DNA from: Azolla caroliniana
Lineage: Eukaryota; Plantae; Polypodiophyta
Assembly (NCBI GenBank): GCA_043228905.1
Contig: JBHGNT010000011.1
Coordinates: 372,001-436,000 of the forward strand
Length of the DNA: 64,000 nucleotides
Reading direction: 5' to 3'
How positions within the stretch are numbered: the first letter of the stretch is position 1; each line of letters starts with the position of its first letter. This document shows, piece after piece, positions 12,442-27,308 of the stretch. A model generated the notes under the pieces. The model worked only from the letters and a program-made list of their open reading frames with translations. It was not told the DNA's origin and made no database searches. Position numbers and translations under genes: made by a program.

Positions 12442-15400
12442 TGTTAAAGTTGCCTGTTTACACCAAAAATGATAAAACATTAGTTATGGGAATAAAGACA
12501 AAATATCAGTTACAAGAACAATATATATATGCATTCTTTGTAACCATTCTTTGTATATATATATGTATGAAGTATTGTTTAGTTTAAGGTGTGTGATACC
12601 ATTTGGAGTTGTTAATGTAGGTTCTTACATTGTAATACCCCTGTCTTAATATAATATCTACATGGTTCTACATTTTTCCAAAATCTCTCTCTTTCTCTAT
12701 TGTCAATCCATTCCATTATGTTCTAACTTTTCTTACATGGTATCAGAGCTTAGTTGCATGATCTGAATCTCATAGTTCCCTATAACCAACAAAACTCACC
12801 ACAAATTATTTCAAATAAACAAATCTTCGTACTATCACTATGGCAAGTTCAAGTAGAAAATATACCTTGGAGAAATTAACAGAGAAAAACTACAAAACCT
12901 AGAAGACTCAAATGTAGATGAAAAACTGTCAGAAATGATTTGAAAACTCACATCTGCAGTTGCGATGTGGCCAAAACTGAAGGAATTATATGAACCTCAA
13001 GATGTTATAACTAAGCTCCACACCTTAGCTACCCTATTTAATATGTGTGTTTTACAGGAAGAAGAAGATGTCCCTACCTTCTTATCCACTTGGGAGGCAA
13101 CCATGGATGATGCAACTACCGCCAGCAATTGCATCTTAGAAGACATCAAGATTGGATTAGTGCTAAGAAAACTCTCCAAATCTTGGGGAACATTCATCAC
13201 TATGCATAGTAGCACCGCAAAATTGTCTGAGCTACATATTAAGATTCGCCATGAAGACATTCAACGACAAAAGAAGAGTAATATTGAACTAGTCACAATG
13301 GTAGTCTCCATCAATCAATTCCAAAGGGGTCATTTAGCATACCAACAAAGGTACAAACTTGATAAAGTAAGAAATAGTGAGTCTAATAATAAAACATACA
13401 TTAAGAGTGAAGCACAAAAATACTATGGGAACAACTCATGACAAAATGGAAGCTTTAGAATCGTTTGTAGATATTGCAAGAAGGAAGGACATATCGATCG
13501 AGTATGTCGCCTCAAGCATGCAAAGAAGAATTCTAACTGACCTCAGGCACATAATGTGGTTATCCAACAAGAAGATGATAGAAATCCAATATACTCTTCT
13601 AAAGAAGCACCTGAACAAAATGGAGAACATGATGAAGAAGAGTACAACATTCAAGAATATAATGCAAACACATTTGAAGAAAATCAAAATGAAGGTGAAA
13701 GCACCCTGTTCTTGGATATCGGGGCTACTCACCATCTAACATATCAAAAAGACTGGTTGGAAAACTATCAAAAGTTCTCAATGCAATATCACATCTTTGA
13801 GTATTTGGTGCAACCGCATTTGCATACATACAACCTACCAAGAGGACAAAACTTGAGGATGGATGCATCAAATGAAAACTTATTGGATATGGGGAGCCAT
13901 ATGGAGTAAAAGTATACAACATTTACCTTCTGGATATAGGTAAAATAATTTTTAGTCGTTTTGTGGAGTTTGATGAGAAAAGTCAATTTTCTAGGTCATC
14001 ATATGTAATGAAAGAAACCAGGAGAGGACACCTTACCAAGGAAATCACAAAGTAACGACTCCCTCAAGCAACAACAACAAAATCTGAAAATGATAGGACA
14101 ACATCAGAAAACTCACCAAATGAATGCATGACTCTTGGTGACAATCAAATTACAACATCCTCTTCTATGAGCCCACTACCATCAACACAAGCTAGTGCAT
14201 CTTGTTGAGAAATCGTTCGCGGAATTCAAATCACAATAGATAAACAACGCTGAAATACAAATCACACACAGATATGCCACAAAGACAAGTTAAACAGATG
14301 TGCACAAAGATTTACGTGGAAACCCTAAAACGGGGAAAACCACGGAGAATAGATTCTTCACTATGTAAATTGTGGATATACAATACGGAGATGAATACAA
14401 CACTCTCACGAGTGTATCAGCCGCACAGGGCTCTTCGAGTCTACTATTGCATCTATGGCGTGGCTCTCTCTTCACTCTCTTACTCTCACAAGCACACTGA
14501 TGCAACACTTTGTACAACTACCATAACTAAAGTTTGCCTTAGTTGTATATTTACTTATACAACTTTCTACCTATATACATATCTGGCCTTCATAAGACGC
14601 ACACTTAGACTATTTCCAAATATAGTCTTCTGAGTTGGCTATTTACACAATTTCGGTTTCAGCCTTGGCCGAGTTCCTCATCAACTCGGCTCCTCAACTG
14701 TCTACTATCCGAACAGTCGGATCTTCCTCCCACTAGAGGCACATATTCCCAACAAACTCCCCCTTCACTCCCGTGGGAGGAAATCTATTAGTCCTGTATT
14801 CTGTCAACAGACTCTGAGTCTGTCCATAGGTAGGTTCTTCGTCAGCATGTCGGATCCATTGTCGTCAATATGGATCTTCTCAAGAGAAAACTCTCCTTCT
14901 TCGACTCTCTCTTGTAATGAGTGATACCTTCTCTGTATGTGCTTGGTCCGGGAGTGGTATGTCGCGTTCTTGGATAGGTGTATGGCGCTTTGGCTATGAC
15001 AATGAAGCAAGAACTCCTTTTGCTTCATGCCAAGTTCGGTGACAATATTTCTCATCCAAATCAACTCTTTTCCGGCCTCTACCATTGCCATATACTCTGC
15101 CTCTGTAGTTGACAAAGCTACAGACTTCTGCAGTCGTGACTGCCACAACACTACTCCCCCTGCATAGGTCATCACGTACCCTGACATGGATCGGTTCGAA
15201 TCGACATCTCCTGACATGTCCGAATCGGTAAAACCTTCCAGCACAGGTTTTCTGACACCATACCTTAGGCACACACCTAAGGTGCCCTTTAAGTACCTGA
15301 GTATCCACTTCACCGCTGCCCAGTGTTCTCTCCCTAGATTACTCATATATCGGCTTACTGCTCCTACAACAATTGCTATATCCAGTCTCGTACAGACCAT

Positions 15401-18400
15401 AGCATACATTAGACTGCCGACGGCTGAGGCATATGGTACCTTCTTCATCTCAACCTTTTCCTTCTACCCTTTCGGACACTGCTTCGCATTTAATCTGCAG
15501 TTTGTCGGCAACACTGAGCCGATCGGCTTTGCTTAAGTCATGTTGAATCTCTCTAGGATTTTCGTCACATACTTCTATTGTGATAGTCATAGCATCTTCC
15601 GAGCTCTATCTCGGGTTATGTGCATTCCTAGGATTTGCTTTGGCGGTCCAAGGTCTTTCATGGCAAATGACTTGCCGAGAGCTTTCTTCAAGCTTCCAAT
15701 CTTCCATGTGTCTTGACTGACTATCCACATATCATCAACATATAGCAAGAGAATCAAGAAATCTCCCTCTTCGTACCTTTTGACGAACACACAGTGATCG
15801 GCCTGTGTTTTCTGGAACCGATGTTCCATCATGAAGGACTCGAATTTCTTGTACCATTGGCGTGGAGCTTGTTTTAATCCATACAAGCTTTTCCTTAGTT
15901 GACACACCAGATTCTCTTTCCCTTCTTCTTCAAAGAATTTGGGTTGCTGCATGTAGATTTCCTCCTCTAGCTCCCCATGCAGAAATGTGGTTTTGACATC
16001 CAAGTATTTGATCTCCAGATCCATGTTGGCCACTATGCTCAGAACAGTCCGGATGGATGTCATCTTCACGACTGGTGCGAATATTCCGTCAAAGTCGACG
16101 CCCTTCCTCTGTTGGAAACCCTTCACCACTATACGGGCTTTATACCTGGGCTCACTATCGGCTTCTCCAATCTTCACCTTGTAGACCCACTTATTCTTGA
16201 GTCCTCTCTTACCTTTCGGCAGCTCTACTAGGTCGTAGGTGTAATTCCCGTGCAAGGATTCCATCTCCTCTTGCATCGCGTTCAGCCATTTTACTCTGCT
16301 CTCATCGGCAATGGCTTCTTCATAGCACTCCAGTTCACCGTCATCAGTCAAGAGGACATATTGACTGGCATATGTAATCGGTGCCTTCTTCTCTCTGAGT
16401 GGGTATCTTCTTCCACTCGTTGTTGGCTCTCTTTTGGATGTCTCTGCCAACTCTTCTCTTTGCTCGAGATTCTGATTGTCAATCGACATCTCCTAGTTGG
16501 ATAGCTCCAACTCATATTCATCAATTGACTTCAGCAAATCTGCCGACTCTAACTCATAGTCAGTAGGTCTTTCTGAGTCGACCGACTCGGATTCGGCTCT
16601 GTCGGCCAACTGTCTCCTTACAGCTGCCAGTGACGACACATTTGACCTTAAATCGACGGTAATCGGGGTTGACTGGGGAGTCGATTCCGACTTTTGTTGC
16701 TTCCAGTCTTCAATTGTCTTGTTTTCTAGAAAGACTACATCCCGACTTCTCACTACCTTCTTGTTGACTAAGTCCCATAACCTGTAGCTGAACTCATCTT
16801 CCGAGTATCCCATGAATATGCATGCTTTTGACTTGCTGTTGAGCTTTGACCTCTGATCCTTCAGTACATGCATATATGCCAAGCATCCAAAAACCCTCAG
16901 GTGTTGATAGGAGACATCCTTTCCTGTCCACACCCTTTGTGGGACATCACCTTTCAATGGCACTGAGGGAGACCTATTGATCAGATAAACAATTGTGCAC
17001 AACGTCTCAACCCAGTAGGATTTCAGTAGTTTCGCATGAGAGAGCATGCTCCTTACTCTCTCCATGATTGTTCGATTCATCCTCTCTGCAAGCCCATTCA
17101 ACTCTGAGGTCTTTGGCACTATGTATTCGATTCAAATACCTTGGCTCTTGTAGTATTCCTCAAACTACCCTTTGTACTCGCCATCGTTGTCAGTTCGGAC
17201 AACCTTTAGTTTCCAACCTGACTCTCTTTCGGTTCTTGCCTGGAACTCCTTGAAAACCGACTGTACTTGATCCTTCGACATCAATACGAAGGCCCATGTC
17301 TTCCGACTATGACCGTCAATAAACGTCACAAAGTACAATCCTCCGCGATGCAATGGAGCATCAACATAGCACACGTCCATGTGTACTAGTTCTAGTGCAG
17401 CTTCTCTTCTTCTCGGTGGTCTCAAGTGGAATGTCATCTTGTTCTAGTTTCCGGCTAGGCAGTTGACACACTTCTCCAGGTGAACTCCCTTGACTTCTGG
17501 TAGAAGTTTTTGGTCGGCTAATAGGTGTATTCCCTTCTCACTCATGTGGGCTAGCCTCTTATGCCATATCTCCCCTGTCGAGTCGGCTACCACGTTTACT
17601 TCCGATTTGCACAATCGGGCATGCATCATGTACAGTGTGCCTTCTTTCTGTGCTTGGGCCACTATAAGATTTCCTCTACAGAACTTCCACTTGCCATTCC
17701 GAAAGCTACCACTGTAGCCTTCGTCATCAAGCTTTCCAGTCAATATCAGATTCAATCTGATATCGGGGACATGTCGAACATCCTTCAACGTTAGCCAACA
17801 CCCTGTCGACGTCATTAAGCACACACTTTCGACTCCGGTTATCTCGCACTCTCCACTATCACCCATCTTTACATAGCCATGATCTCCAACTATGTAAGTC
17901 GAGAAATAATCTCTCGACGGAGTAATATGATAGGATGCGCCGGAATCGATCACCCAAGTGCATTCTTTGCTTGCAAGATTTGCAGTTGTCTATTCACAAA
18001 TGAACAGAATTTCCTCATTGCTCGTCGCAATGGCCGAAGTGTTCTTTTCATCCGGAATCTTCCGGGGTTCGACATTGTTTCCGACACTCTTGTCTTTCTT
18101 CATGTGTCAGCAGTCCTTCTGGAAGTGTCCATGCTTTCCACAGTAAAAGCACACATGCTTACCTCTGGACTTCGATCTGGTGTGGGATTTCTCCGTTTGC
18201 TGCAGACTCCTTCTTTGCCGGTCCCTTTCTCTATCCATATGTTGAGTCAGATTCGACTCCGTTTGGGATAGGACTCCTTTGTCTTTCCTCGTTGCCTCCT
18301 CGTTTAGGATGCTTGTCTTTACCGTCTGTAAAGACAAGTTCTCTTCTTGGCAAGAGGTGATGAGAGTAACCACCAGGTTCTCCCAGCTTTCCGGCAGTGT

Positions 18401-21400
18401 GCACATCAGCAGGATGGCCTGCATTGTGTCATCCAGGGGAAACTTGGTTGCAGCAAGTTGATTTACATACACCATAAACATGTTGATGTGTTCGACAATG
18501 CTCTCACCATATCTATATTTCAGCTGTACGATTTTTCTCATCAACGAGGTTCTGTTTAGTGCGTTCTTCCTCTCATAAAGACTCGATAGCTTATGCCACA
18601 TCTCGTAAGCATTTGTGTCGTTGGCCACATGCTGAAGGACACTTACATCGACTCATTGTCGGATAGTGGCTACCGCCTTCCTATTCAGAAGCTTCCAATC
18701 TAAATCCAATACCCCTTTGGGTATTTCTGCTCTGTCGATTGGCTCGTACAGGTCTTTCATGATGAGTAGGTCTTCCATCTTTATCTTCCAGTCTACATAG
18801 TTCTGTGAGTTGAGAACTATCATACCTGGAAATCCGCTAAAACCTCCTTCCATGCTTGCACCTCAGGCTCTGATACCAGTTTTTATAGAAATCGTTCGCA
18901 GAATTCAAATCACAATAGATAAACAACGCTAAAATACGAATCACACACAGATATGCCATAAAGACAAGTTAAACAGATGTGCACAGAGATTTACGTGGAA
19001 ACCCTAAAACGGGGAAAACCACGGACAACATATTCTTCACTATGCAAATAGTGGATATACAATACGGAGATGAATACAACACTCTCACGAGTGTATTAGC
19101 CGCACATGGCTCTTCGTGTCTACTATTGCAGCTATGGCGCAACTCTCTCTTGAGTCTCTTACTCTCACAAGCACACTAATGCAACGCTCTGTACAACTAC
19201 CATAACTAAAGTTTGCCCTAGTTGTATATATACTTATACAACTTTCTGCCTATTTGCATATCTGACCTTCATAAGACGCACACTTAGACTATTTCCAAAT
19301 ATAGTCTTCCGAGTTGGCTATTTACACAATTTCGGTTTCAGCCTCGGCCGAGTTCCTCATCAACTCGGCTCCTCGACTGTCTACTATCTGAACAGTTGGA
19401 TCTTCCTCCCACTGGAGGGACATATTCCCAACACATCTTACATACAAAAATTTGAGCCTCTACAACATTTTAATAAAGGAAATCACATAGAGAGTCAAAT
19501 TCTACAAAGTTTACAACATCCAGATCTACACCAAACAAATCCAAATGACAAGCAACAACAAAGCTATGGGACAAACACCATCAACACCGAACTACACAAC
19601 AATCATGGTGCACCAACAACTAATGCAACAGAAAACAAATGTAAGAAACTCAATCAATTACCTCATTCTCAGATCTTAACCACTCAAGATGAGGGGTTGG
19701 TAACCTCTACTACCACGACCGCCACCGAGCTTGTGGCCACCAAATCAGCCACTCAAAGTCTCAAATCCGAGGATGTGTTAGTGTGCCACCAAGAACCCAA
19801 CACCTCTTCCTCAACATCCGATGTCAAAATCATGAATCTGAACATATAAGTTTAGCTCACCTATAACCCTACACCTCCTTAAAGTATCCTCAAAATCTCA
19901 AAATTAGTAGTCAATTTGTCAGCAAATTTGATGCTCAGAACCCTAAAGATGAACAAGTGTATGACCAAAGCCTTGAAATCAACGATCAATCCACCGCCCA
20001 ATCTATTACTTGAAGCCTTGAAGTTGAGCATACGTGTAGTGACCACATGAAACCTTGTGCATCCTCCACGACTGCAAGGAAAAAAAATTCTTGATTTGAG
20101 AATATGGATCTTGGCCGCCCAAAAACCTGCAACCTCTCCAAAATAACCTTAAAAGACAAAGAAAGTAGGGCTAAAAAGACTAAGGTAAGGTTACTTAGTG
20201 ATATCTATGATGCAACTAAGGATGAGGTGCTTGAAAAGTGGACATGTCACTTCGTAACAAAGACAGAGTCCGACATATCCATCTTTGTAGCCATCATCGA
20301 AGGAGACAACTACGACACAAACCCAATTCTCAACTTTAAGCATTAAAAAGTAAAGAAAACGAAAATTGGGTTGCAGCTATTAAATTTGAATTCTTGGCAC
20401 TCCAAAAGAATCACACATGGACATTAGTACCGCGGCCTTGTCACTCCAATGTCATCACTTGTAAGTGGATGTTTACAAAGAAATATGATGCCCTAGGTAA
20501 TCTAGTGAGGTTCAAAGCGAGATTAGTAGCTCAAAGATTCTCACAAATACTAGTTGTGGACTACCATGAAACTTTCTCACCCACTCTAAAAATCACAACA
20601 CTTTGATCGATTCTTGCCATTACGGCATATCTAAATCTTGAACTTCACCATGTTAATGTTGAAACAACATTTTTACATGGTGAATTAGAAGAAGATATAT
20701 ATATATATAACCCCAAATGTTAGGTGATAATATAGACCCTAATTATGTGTGTAAACGTAACAAACCTCTATATGGCCTAAAAAATCCCCTAGACAATGGT
20801 ATGCCAAGTTTCATAGGTTCCTCTTATCAATCAAATTTCAACAACTTCAATCAGAACCTAATGTATATATAAGGAAAACAGAAACAAAATTCTTACACTT
20901 GGGAGTTTATGTGGATGATTTACCTATTGCTGGGACATCGGAAGACTTGGTGATGGAATCTATTGCAAAGTTGCGATAACAATTCCCTATCAAACATCTC
21001 GAGAATAGGGATACCTCTTGATTCACCTCCGACTATGTATTCCTATTTGCAAGTGGTGTCATTTCATGGTAAGCAAAGAAATAAGCTACCATCGCCCTAT
21101 CTTCCACTGAAGCAGAATACATAGCAACCACTCTCACTACCAAGGAAGATTATGGTTGAAGTTCATCACTGATGAACTAGCCATCCTCAAAATCTTTGAA
21201 TTCAAGTTATGGTGTGACAAACAATCTTGCATCAAAATCACTAAGGACCCCAAGATAACGGAGCAAAACAAGCATATCCGGGCACGACATCACTTCATCT
21301 CAGAACTTCTTGAAGAATCTAACCGTTCTATTGGATATACTTCAACACAAGCTATGTGGGCTGATTGTCTTACCAAGCCAGTACCCAATTCAAAACATTG

Positions 21401-21854
21401 GAGTTACTTCCACCCTAAGTATTCATCCAAATAGATGAGTTGGTGGTGTCACAGCAAAGGGGGGGTGTTAAAACTACTTTCTTACACCACAAATGATAAA
21501 ACATTGGTTATCAAAATAAAGACAAAATATCAGTTACAAGAACAATAAGAAAAAAGACAAAACATCAATTACAAAGAAGTAACGACTAGTTGTTACTTTT
21601 ATGTATATATATATATGTATATATAGATATATATATATATATGTATGTATAGATATATATATATGTGTATGTATGTATGAAGTATTGTTTAGTTTCGGGT
21701 GTGTGATACTACATTTGGAGTTGTTACTGCAAGTTCTTACATTGTAATACCCCTGTCTTAGTATAATATCTGCCTAGTTCTACATTTTTCCAAAATCTCT
21801 CTTTCTCTTTCTCTATTGTCAAATCCATTCCATTATGTTCTAACTTTTATTACA
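12442..21854 (+). mobile_element. Decayed Ty1/Copia element (LTRs 12442-12737 and 21466-21854), carrying a nested Copia
   Basis: PBS TGGTATCAGAGC at 12738, PPT AAAGGGGGGG before 21466, TSD GCTTG/ACTTG. gag (MWPKLKELYE), PR (LDIGATHH), RT (HTWTLV..CKW..RFKARLVA) and RH (WCDKQS..KHI..ADCLTKP). Confidence 0.9.
14203..19433 (-). mobile_element. Full-length Ty1/Copia element (LTRs 14203-14754 and ~18882-19433), gag-pol with a few stops and frameshifts
   Basis: Perfect TSD CATCT, iMet PBS at 18867-18878, PPT at ~14755-14765. GAG CCHC (CFYCGKHGHFQKDC), PR (DSGAS), IN (HMDV..D..E), RT (YVDD) and RH. Confidence 0.95.
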
Positions 21855-22409
21855 ACTTGATCTCGGCTAGCAGAAAGTTGCATATATGCAGCACAAAACG
21901 CCATGATTCATCACACAGCAGGCATGAAGCCATGGTCCATAGATTGGATGGAGTCGACAAATCGATGGTAGGCAATGGAGATTGAAAGGAGGCATCGTGG
22001 ACCAGAAGTGAACCACAACCATGAGATGGTCCATCACCATCATCACCATGACCCTCTCTGTTCAAATGAATAAATCATTTTCAAAATGCAACTTAAATGG
22101 TTTTACAATTTGAACGACCTCCAACCATATGGCCTAAACAATTTGAAGTGTTCACAATTTAAATGGCTCAAGGTTCAGGGTTAGCACATTTTTTGAAATA
22201 TTGATTAAATAGTAGCTAGTTATAGCCTATTAAACATAATAATTTATAACATTTAAGATCCAACCTTTTCTTCTTTGCTCAGTTTGTGAGTAGAAGACTT
22301 TCTTTAGTTAGAAAAAGCTTTGATAAAGTATTGTTGAAAAGCTTAAATGACACATGTGTCAAGAATCATAACCGGCCACAACTGGTTTACTCTCATTCTT
22401 ATGTTTGGG

Positions 22410-22861
22410 TGCAGAAAGTAAAAGGAATAAAACTCATACAGAAAACGACAGAACTAGAAACAGAGAATACGACACAGATTTTAATGTGGAAACCCGAACT
22501 AGAAAAACCAAGTGGAGCTCACAAACCCCAAAACAGATCACTAGGGTGAAGAGACGTAGTACAACAAGAGTCTTAGAGGCACCGACCTCGAGGTCTTCTT
22601 CGTCAACAGACGGCTATGGAGATACACACTCACACACACTCTTCCTCTCTCACACGCTCTTACGCAGTTACACAGCCAACGACTTGCACTAACTATACAA
22701 CAACAATCATCATTATAACATGATGATTGCCCTAGGTGCTTATATACTAGAGCACCATTTTGACTATTTACAAATGTAGACTCCCGAGTTGGCTGTCTAC
22801 ACAATTTTGCTTTCGGCCGAGGCCTTCTCTCTTCCCATTCGGAGGGACCCATTTCCTAACA
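22410..22861 (-). mobile_element. Solo Copia-type LTR related to the 14203/19433 LTRs
   Basis: Shared blocks ACACAGATTT..GTGGAAACCC, GAGTTGGCT.T.TACACAATT and GGAGGGAC..ATT.C.AACA. No matching TSD found. Confidence 0.7.
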
Positions 22862-25057
22862 ACATGAACAACTACATATTTGATCTTATGATCAAGATTT
22901 GTGTTACAGCCCCCATGAACCAATGGATGCAAACGAATGACGTATCCTTCTATCATATATGGGCTAAAATGCTTGTATACCTATTATGTGTGATGTGGAT
23001 GCTCAATTCAAAGGTACAAGATGACCTTGCAGAAAGTTTCTCAAAGAACTTCCCGTATAAAGGAATCCCGCTTTCTCATCATACTCCTTGTAGCCCATAG
23101 ATTATGAGCAAGATGTCGTCCAATCAAGTTACAAATTATGAGGGCTTTGAAAAGTTAAATTACCAAATCTCGGGGTAGCGCAGAATACACATAGGCATAA
23201 CGAGAGAGACAGGCCTACCACTATAACTAATAACACAAAATATTGTTTTCTGAACTATTCAGAAATGGAAATGCAAACCACATACTAGTAGCTTAATAGT
23301 TTGTGAATCTCTTGCCATTTGGTTTAGCTTGTAATTCTTTAGATAATTTAGTTTGGACAGTTGCATAGATCAGTTCAAATCAATTTAAGTTTGAAAATTT
23401 TGAAATGGTTTGCTAACCCCAAATTGAACTAAACAAAACTTTTGTCGATTGTTGTTCATATAATGAATAAACATTGTACTTGCCATGACGCCCACCGTAC
23501 GGATCGGCCAATGAAAATGGTACAATTTGCATGATTATCTCATTTAGATTTAATAGGTATGTAGGGGCAATAGCGCCTAAATTAAACATCCAAAGAATGG
23601 ATCTTGTATATATTCGATTGAACATATAATAAGTAGGTAAAACAAGCTCTTGCCAATACGTTCGGGGGTTTCCAACCGGATTCGTTGTGTAGACCTTGAA
23701 TTTTTTATTTAGTACAAGGAATTGTAAATCTTTGTTGAATCTTGTAATTTTTTAATGGAGAATTGTGGGACTTCAATTTTCCATAATAATTTAATTGGAG
23801 TTCTTTGAGGGGTTGATCATGTTGGGTTATATTATTTAAGTTTATGGGTGTCCTCAACCATTCCAAGGATTTGAGAACCATATTTTGTATTTAGAAAAGT
23901 GACCATTGTGAAACAAGTACAAATTTCAAGAAATATAAATGTGGGGATAGTAATGAGGCAGTTGATAATGGACCACATATTTGTGTGTACTAGTTGGAGG
24001 CGTAGGATGATTGTGATGTCGGAGAATGAATTAGGAAAATGCGATTCAGAGAGCACACCTAACATACACCTTTTGCAAGGGAAGGCTTAGTTTGGAATTT
24101 TGAGGTAGAAAAAAGGATCAAGTGGCCCAATTGATAATACGACGATAGGATGTCATAGTAACTTGGATGTGTCTAAATTGTTTGGTACATGTTATGCTTC
24201 CTTTAATTGTACGTGCCATGGAATGGTCTACATAATATGTAAAGGTGTCCGTGGCTGGTGTAAAAAGGAACCATGTTGATGTAATCATGGGTGTGTTACG
24301 GCAGGTGGTGCAATCGTTGTGATAGAATTCATGATATGTACTTTTTTTATTTATGCATATTATGTAAATGTTTGTTGTGTGAGACATATAATGAGCTTTG
24401 TTTTATTGCAATAAAGTTGTTGTGGGTTGTGTCATGTGTCATGTGTCATGTGTGTAGGCCATTGGCATATTCAACCTCGTTGTTCCCACATGGAAATTTT
24501 AATTGCTTCGAGAACTAGACATACATGTGGTTGATTTAATGAGGTAGTGACATATGTGGCTCTGGTGTCTAAGAAGGAAAGGAATAGATAGACGTGAGAT
24601 ACGGGCAACGAAGGAATATTTTTTGGTTGGTGAGTAAAATTGTTTGTAGGACACTTTTGTAAAGCGAAAGAAAGCTGGGGGAGGATGGTTGAGGATCGAG
24701 ATTCCAGATGAGTAATGGAAGTACGTAAAAATAATTTGATGGGGTAGGACACTTTTGTAAAAGATTTTTGCAAAACATTTATTTGATTTGATGGGTGAGC
24801 ACGTGCCGCGCGTGCCGACGACAATTAAGGTTGATTGGATAAATATGGGATCCCGAATTCCAATGACACACACGATGGTGGCCCATCAGCGGAGAGATGA
24901 GGTAAGAGCACGTGCAACGTGTGCAGAGAGAGAAGGAATACTTAATACTTAATAAGAAGGGAAGCTGATATATGTACATATTGCTAAGCCTGCCTTCACT
25001 TCAAAGGTGGAATCCCTGTAAAGAAGAAGAAGAAGAAAGGCAGAAAGGCAGGCAGGC

Positions 25058-27308
25058 ATGGATGCCAAAAAATCTTCATCATTACCACCACAGGCATCGG
25101 CATCATCGGCATTGGCGGAGGAGGAGATGGGCGAGGCGAGGGAATTCGAGGCGGTCATATTGGGGGCCTCGGGCTTCACGGGGAAGTACGTGCTCCGAGA
25201 GTTCCTGCAATGCATGCACGACCAGAAGAAGAAGAAGACGACGAAGGAGCGCAACCGGAGCCTGAAGCTGGCGGTGGCCGGTCGTAGCGTGGCGAAGCTG
25301 GAGGCTACCCTTCGATGGGCCGCCTCCTCCGCCGACAGTTCCATAATGCAGCACGTGAGCGTGGTCGAAGCGGACGCGACCGACGCACCGTCGCTCCGCA
25401 GGCTCTGCCGCTCCACACGTGTGCTGCTCAATTGCGTGGGGCCATGCAACCAGTACGGCGAGGCCATCGTGGCGGCCTGCGTGGCCACGGGCGCCCACTA
25501 CGTGGACATATCGGGGGAGGCAGAGTTCATGGAGCGCATGGAGGCCAAGTACCACGAAGCCGCTGTGGCTGCCCGGGTTCTCGTGGTGTCCGCCTGCGCC
25601 AGCGTGTCCATCGTCTCGGACATTGGGCTCCAGCACCACCTCCGCTGCTGGCCCCAGTCCCCCGGAGCCGTCCCGCCTTCGTCCGTCTTCTCGTATGTCC
25701 GCATCCACTCGTTTGCATCCAATCACGTCGCGTCCGCCGAGACCGGAATCCTGGCCCTCGCCAATGCCGGAGCCCTCGCGCGATTCCGCCGCTCCCTGCC
25801 TCGCCGCCCTACCCTCCAGGTGAGGTGTGCTCTCCTTCATATACACCTCTCTAATGCAAAACCTCTCTCATAAACCCTAAACCCTTAGAATTTGTGGATC
25901 CATCCATCCATCATTCATAGTGCTTTTGATGCTGAGAGCTGATGACACCTTAATAGGCTTTTCTTGTGCAACTGATTAAATCATGTGCTTAACTTACTAC
26001 GACCTGGTGGTACGCCAACCTACGTAAGTATTGCTCCCAACTAATTTTATTTCACTTTTATGAATTCAAGTCTTTGCCATCTCTTAATAGTACTAATTGT
26101 ATATAATTCTCATTCACAAAGCTTGAACTAGATCATGCGGGTTTGGATCATGAGGAGGATGGTCAGTTTGCTGTCCTTAAATATTATTACGGATTGATTA
26201 GCTAGCACCTATGGAGTTAGGATCTTCTAATCTCTTATTATTAAGTTCCTCAGAGTTTGGGAGTAAATCTCTTATGAAGTTAGGATCTTCTAATTGTGTG
26301 TGCAAATTGTTCTTGCGAAAAAAAGTGTGTTCTTCCAATTGTGTTTAAATCTTAAATTTTGTGGGCTTTAGTAAAATCATCCTTCTTCTTATTACTCCAT
26401 TTGGATCTGAATAATTTAATCCCCTTTATTTATTTATATGATCGTTTCACTACTTGTGATGTTAATTCAAAAATTTGTTGTGTACCGTATTCATTGTATA
26501 GATTCCAGGGCCTCCACCCGCAGCCGAATTGGACACATGTATTCACTATGAGAGGAAGTTGGGCTATTGGGCAGGCGTTTTGCCCATTTGCGACCGATCC
26601 GTGGTACGTCGAACGTTTTGGACATTGCACAGCCATCCCCATGGTCTACCCACCCTTAAACCCGAAGCCCTCCTAAATGAACACAATGCTTATACGAATA
26701 TTCGACCCGTACATTTTCGACAGTTCTTGGCTATCGAAACTTTGCGTTGGGCCATTATCTTCTTTTGGGCAACCCAGATCTTGAAGATTTTCTCACGTTA
26801 CACATTGGGATTAAATCTTCTTTTAAAGTATCCTCAAATATTCACAGTTGGGGCCTTTACGCATCGAGGCCCGAGTGAAAAGCAAGTCGCAGAAGGGAGC
26901 TTCGAGATGTGGTTTGTGGGCAAAGGGTATCGAAAGGATGGAGAGATTGGTGATCTAAAAGGAACTGAAGTAGTGACCAAGGTAAAAGGACCAGAGCCTT
27001 GCTACATAACAAGTGCTATTGGTACTGTACAATGTGCAATGTTGTGCTTGCATTCTCGTGATGTCTTGCCCGTAGGCGGTGTCCTTACCACTGCATCTGC
27101 TTTTGGGGGCGCAAATATTCAAGGTTTGCTTGAAGAACGTGGTCTTTCCTTTGAACACATTAGCACTAGCATCAATGAGAAGAATGGACGGCAATATGAA
27201 AATTCTATTGTAATTTTGAAGCCATGGGTTGCATATTCGCTTCCCATTATTATTCTCATTACCATTGTCATTATATTTGTTTTTGTGCTCTTTATTGGCT
27301 TTTTTTAA
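25058..27308 (+). CDS. Saccharopine dehydrogenase-like oxidoreductase (SCCPDH family), exons 25058-25819 and 26502-27308, ~522 aa
   Basis: ILGASGFTG Rossmann motif, AVAGR, LNCVGP..YGE, YVDISGE, DRSVVRRT, VKGPEPCY, GGVLT. A phase-0 GT (25820)...AG (26501) intron joins the two ORFs in frame (..RPTLQ|IPGPP..). Confidence 0.92.

Noticed and set aside
25103-25854. Overlapping alternative and antisense ORFs on exon 1
   Set aside because: Expected from high GC codon bias; no recognisable motifs.
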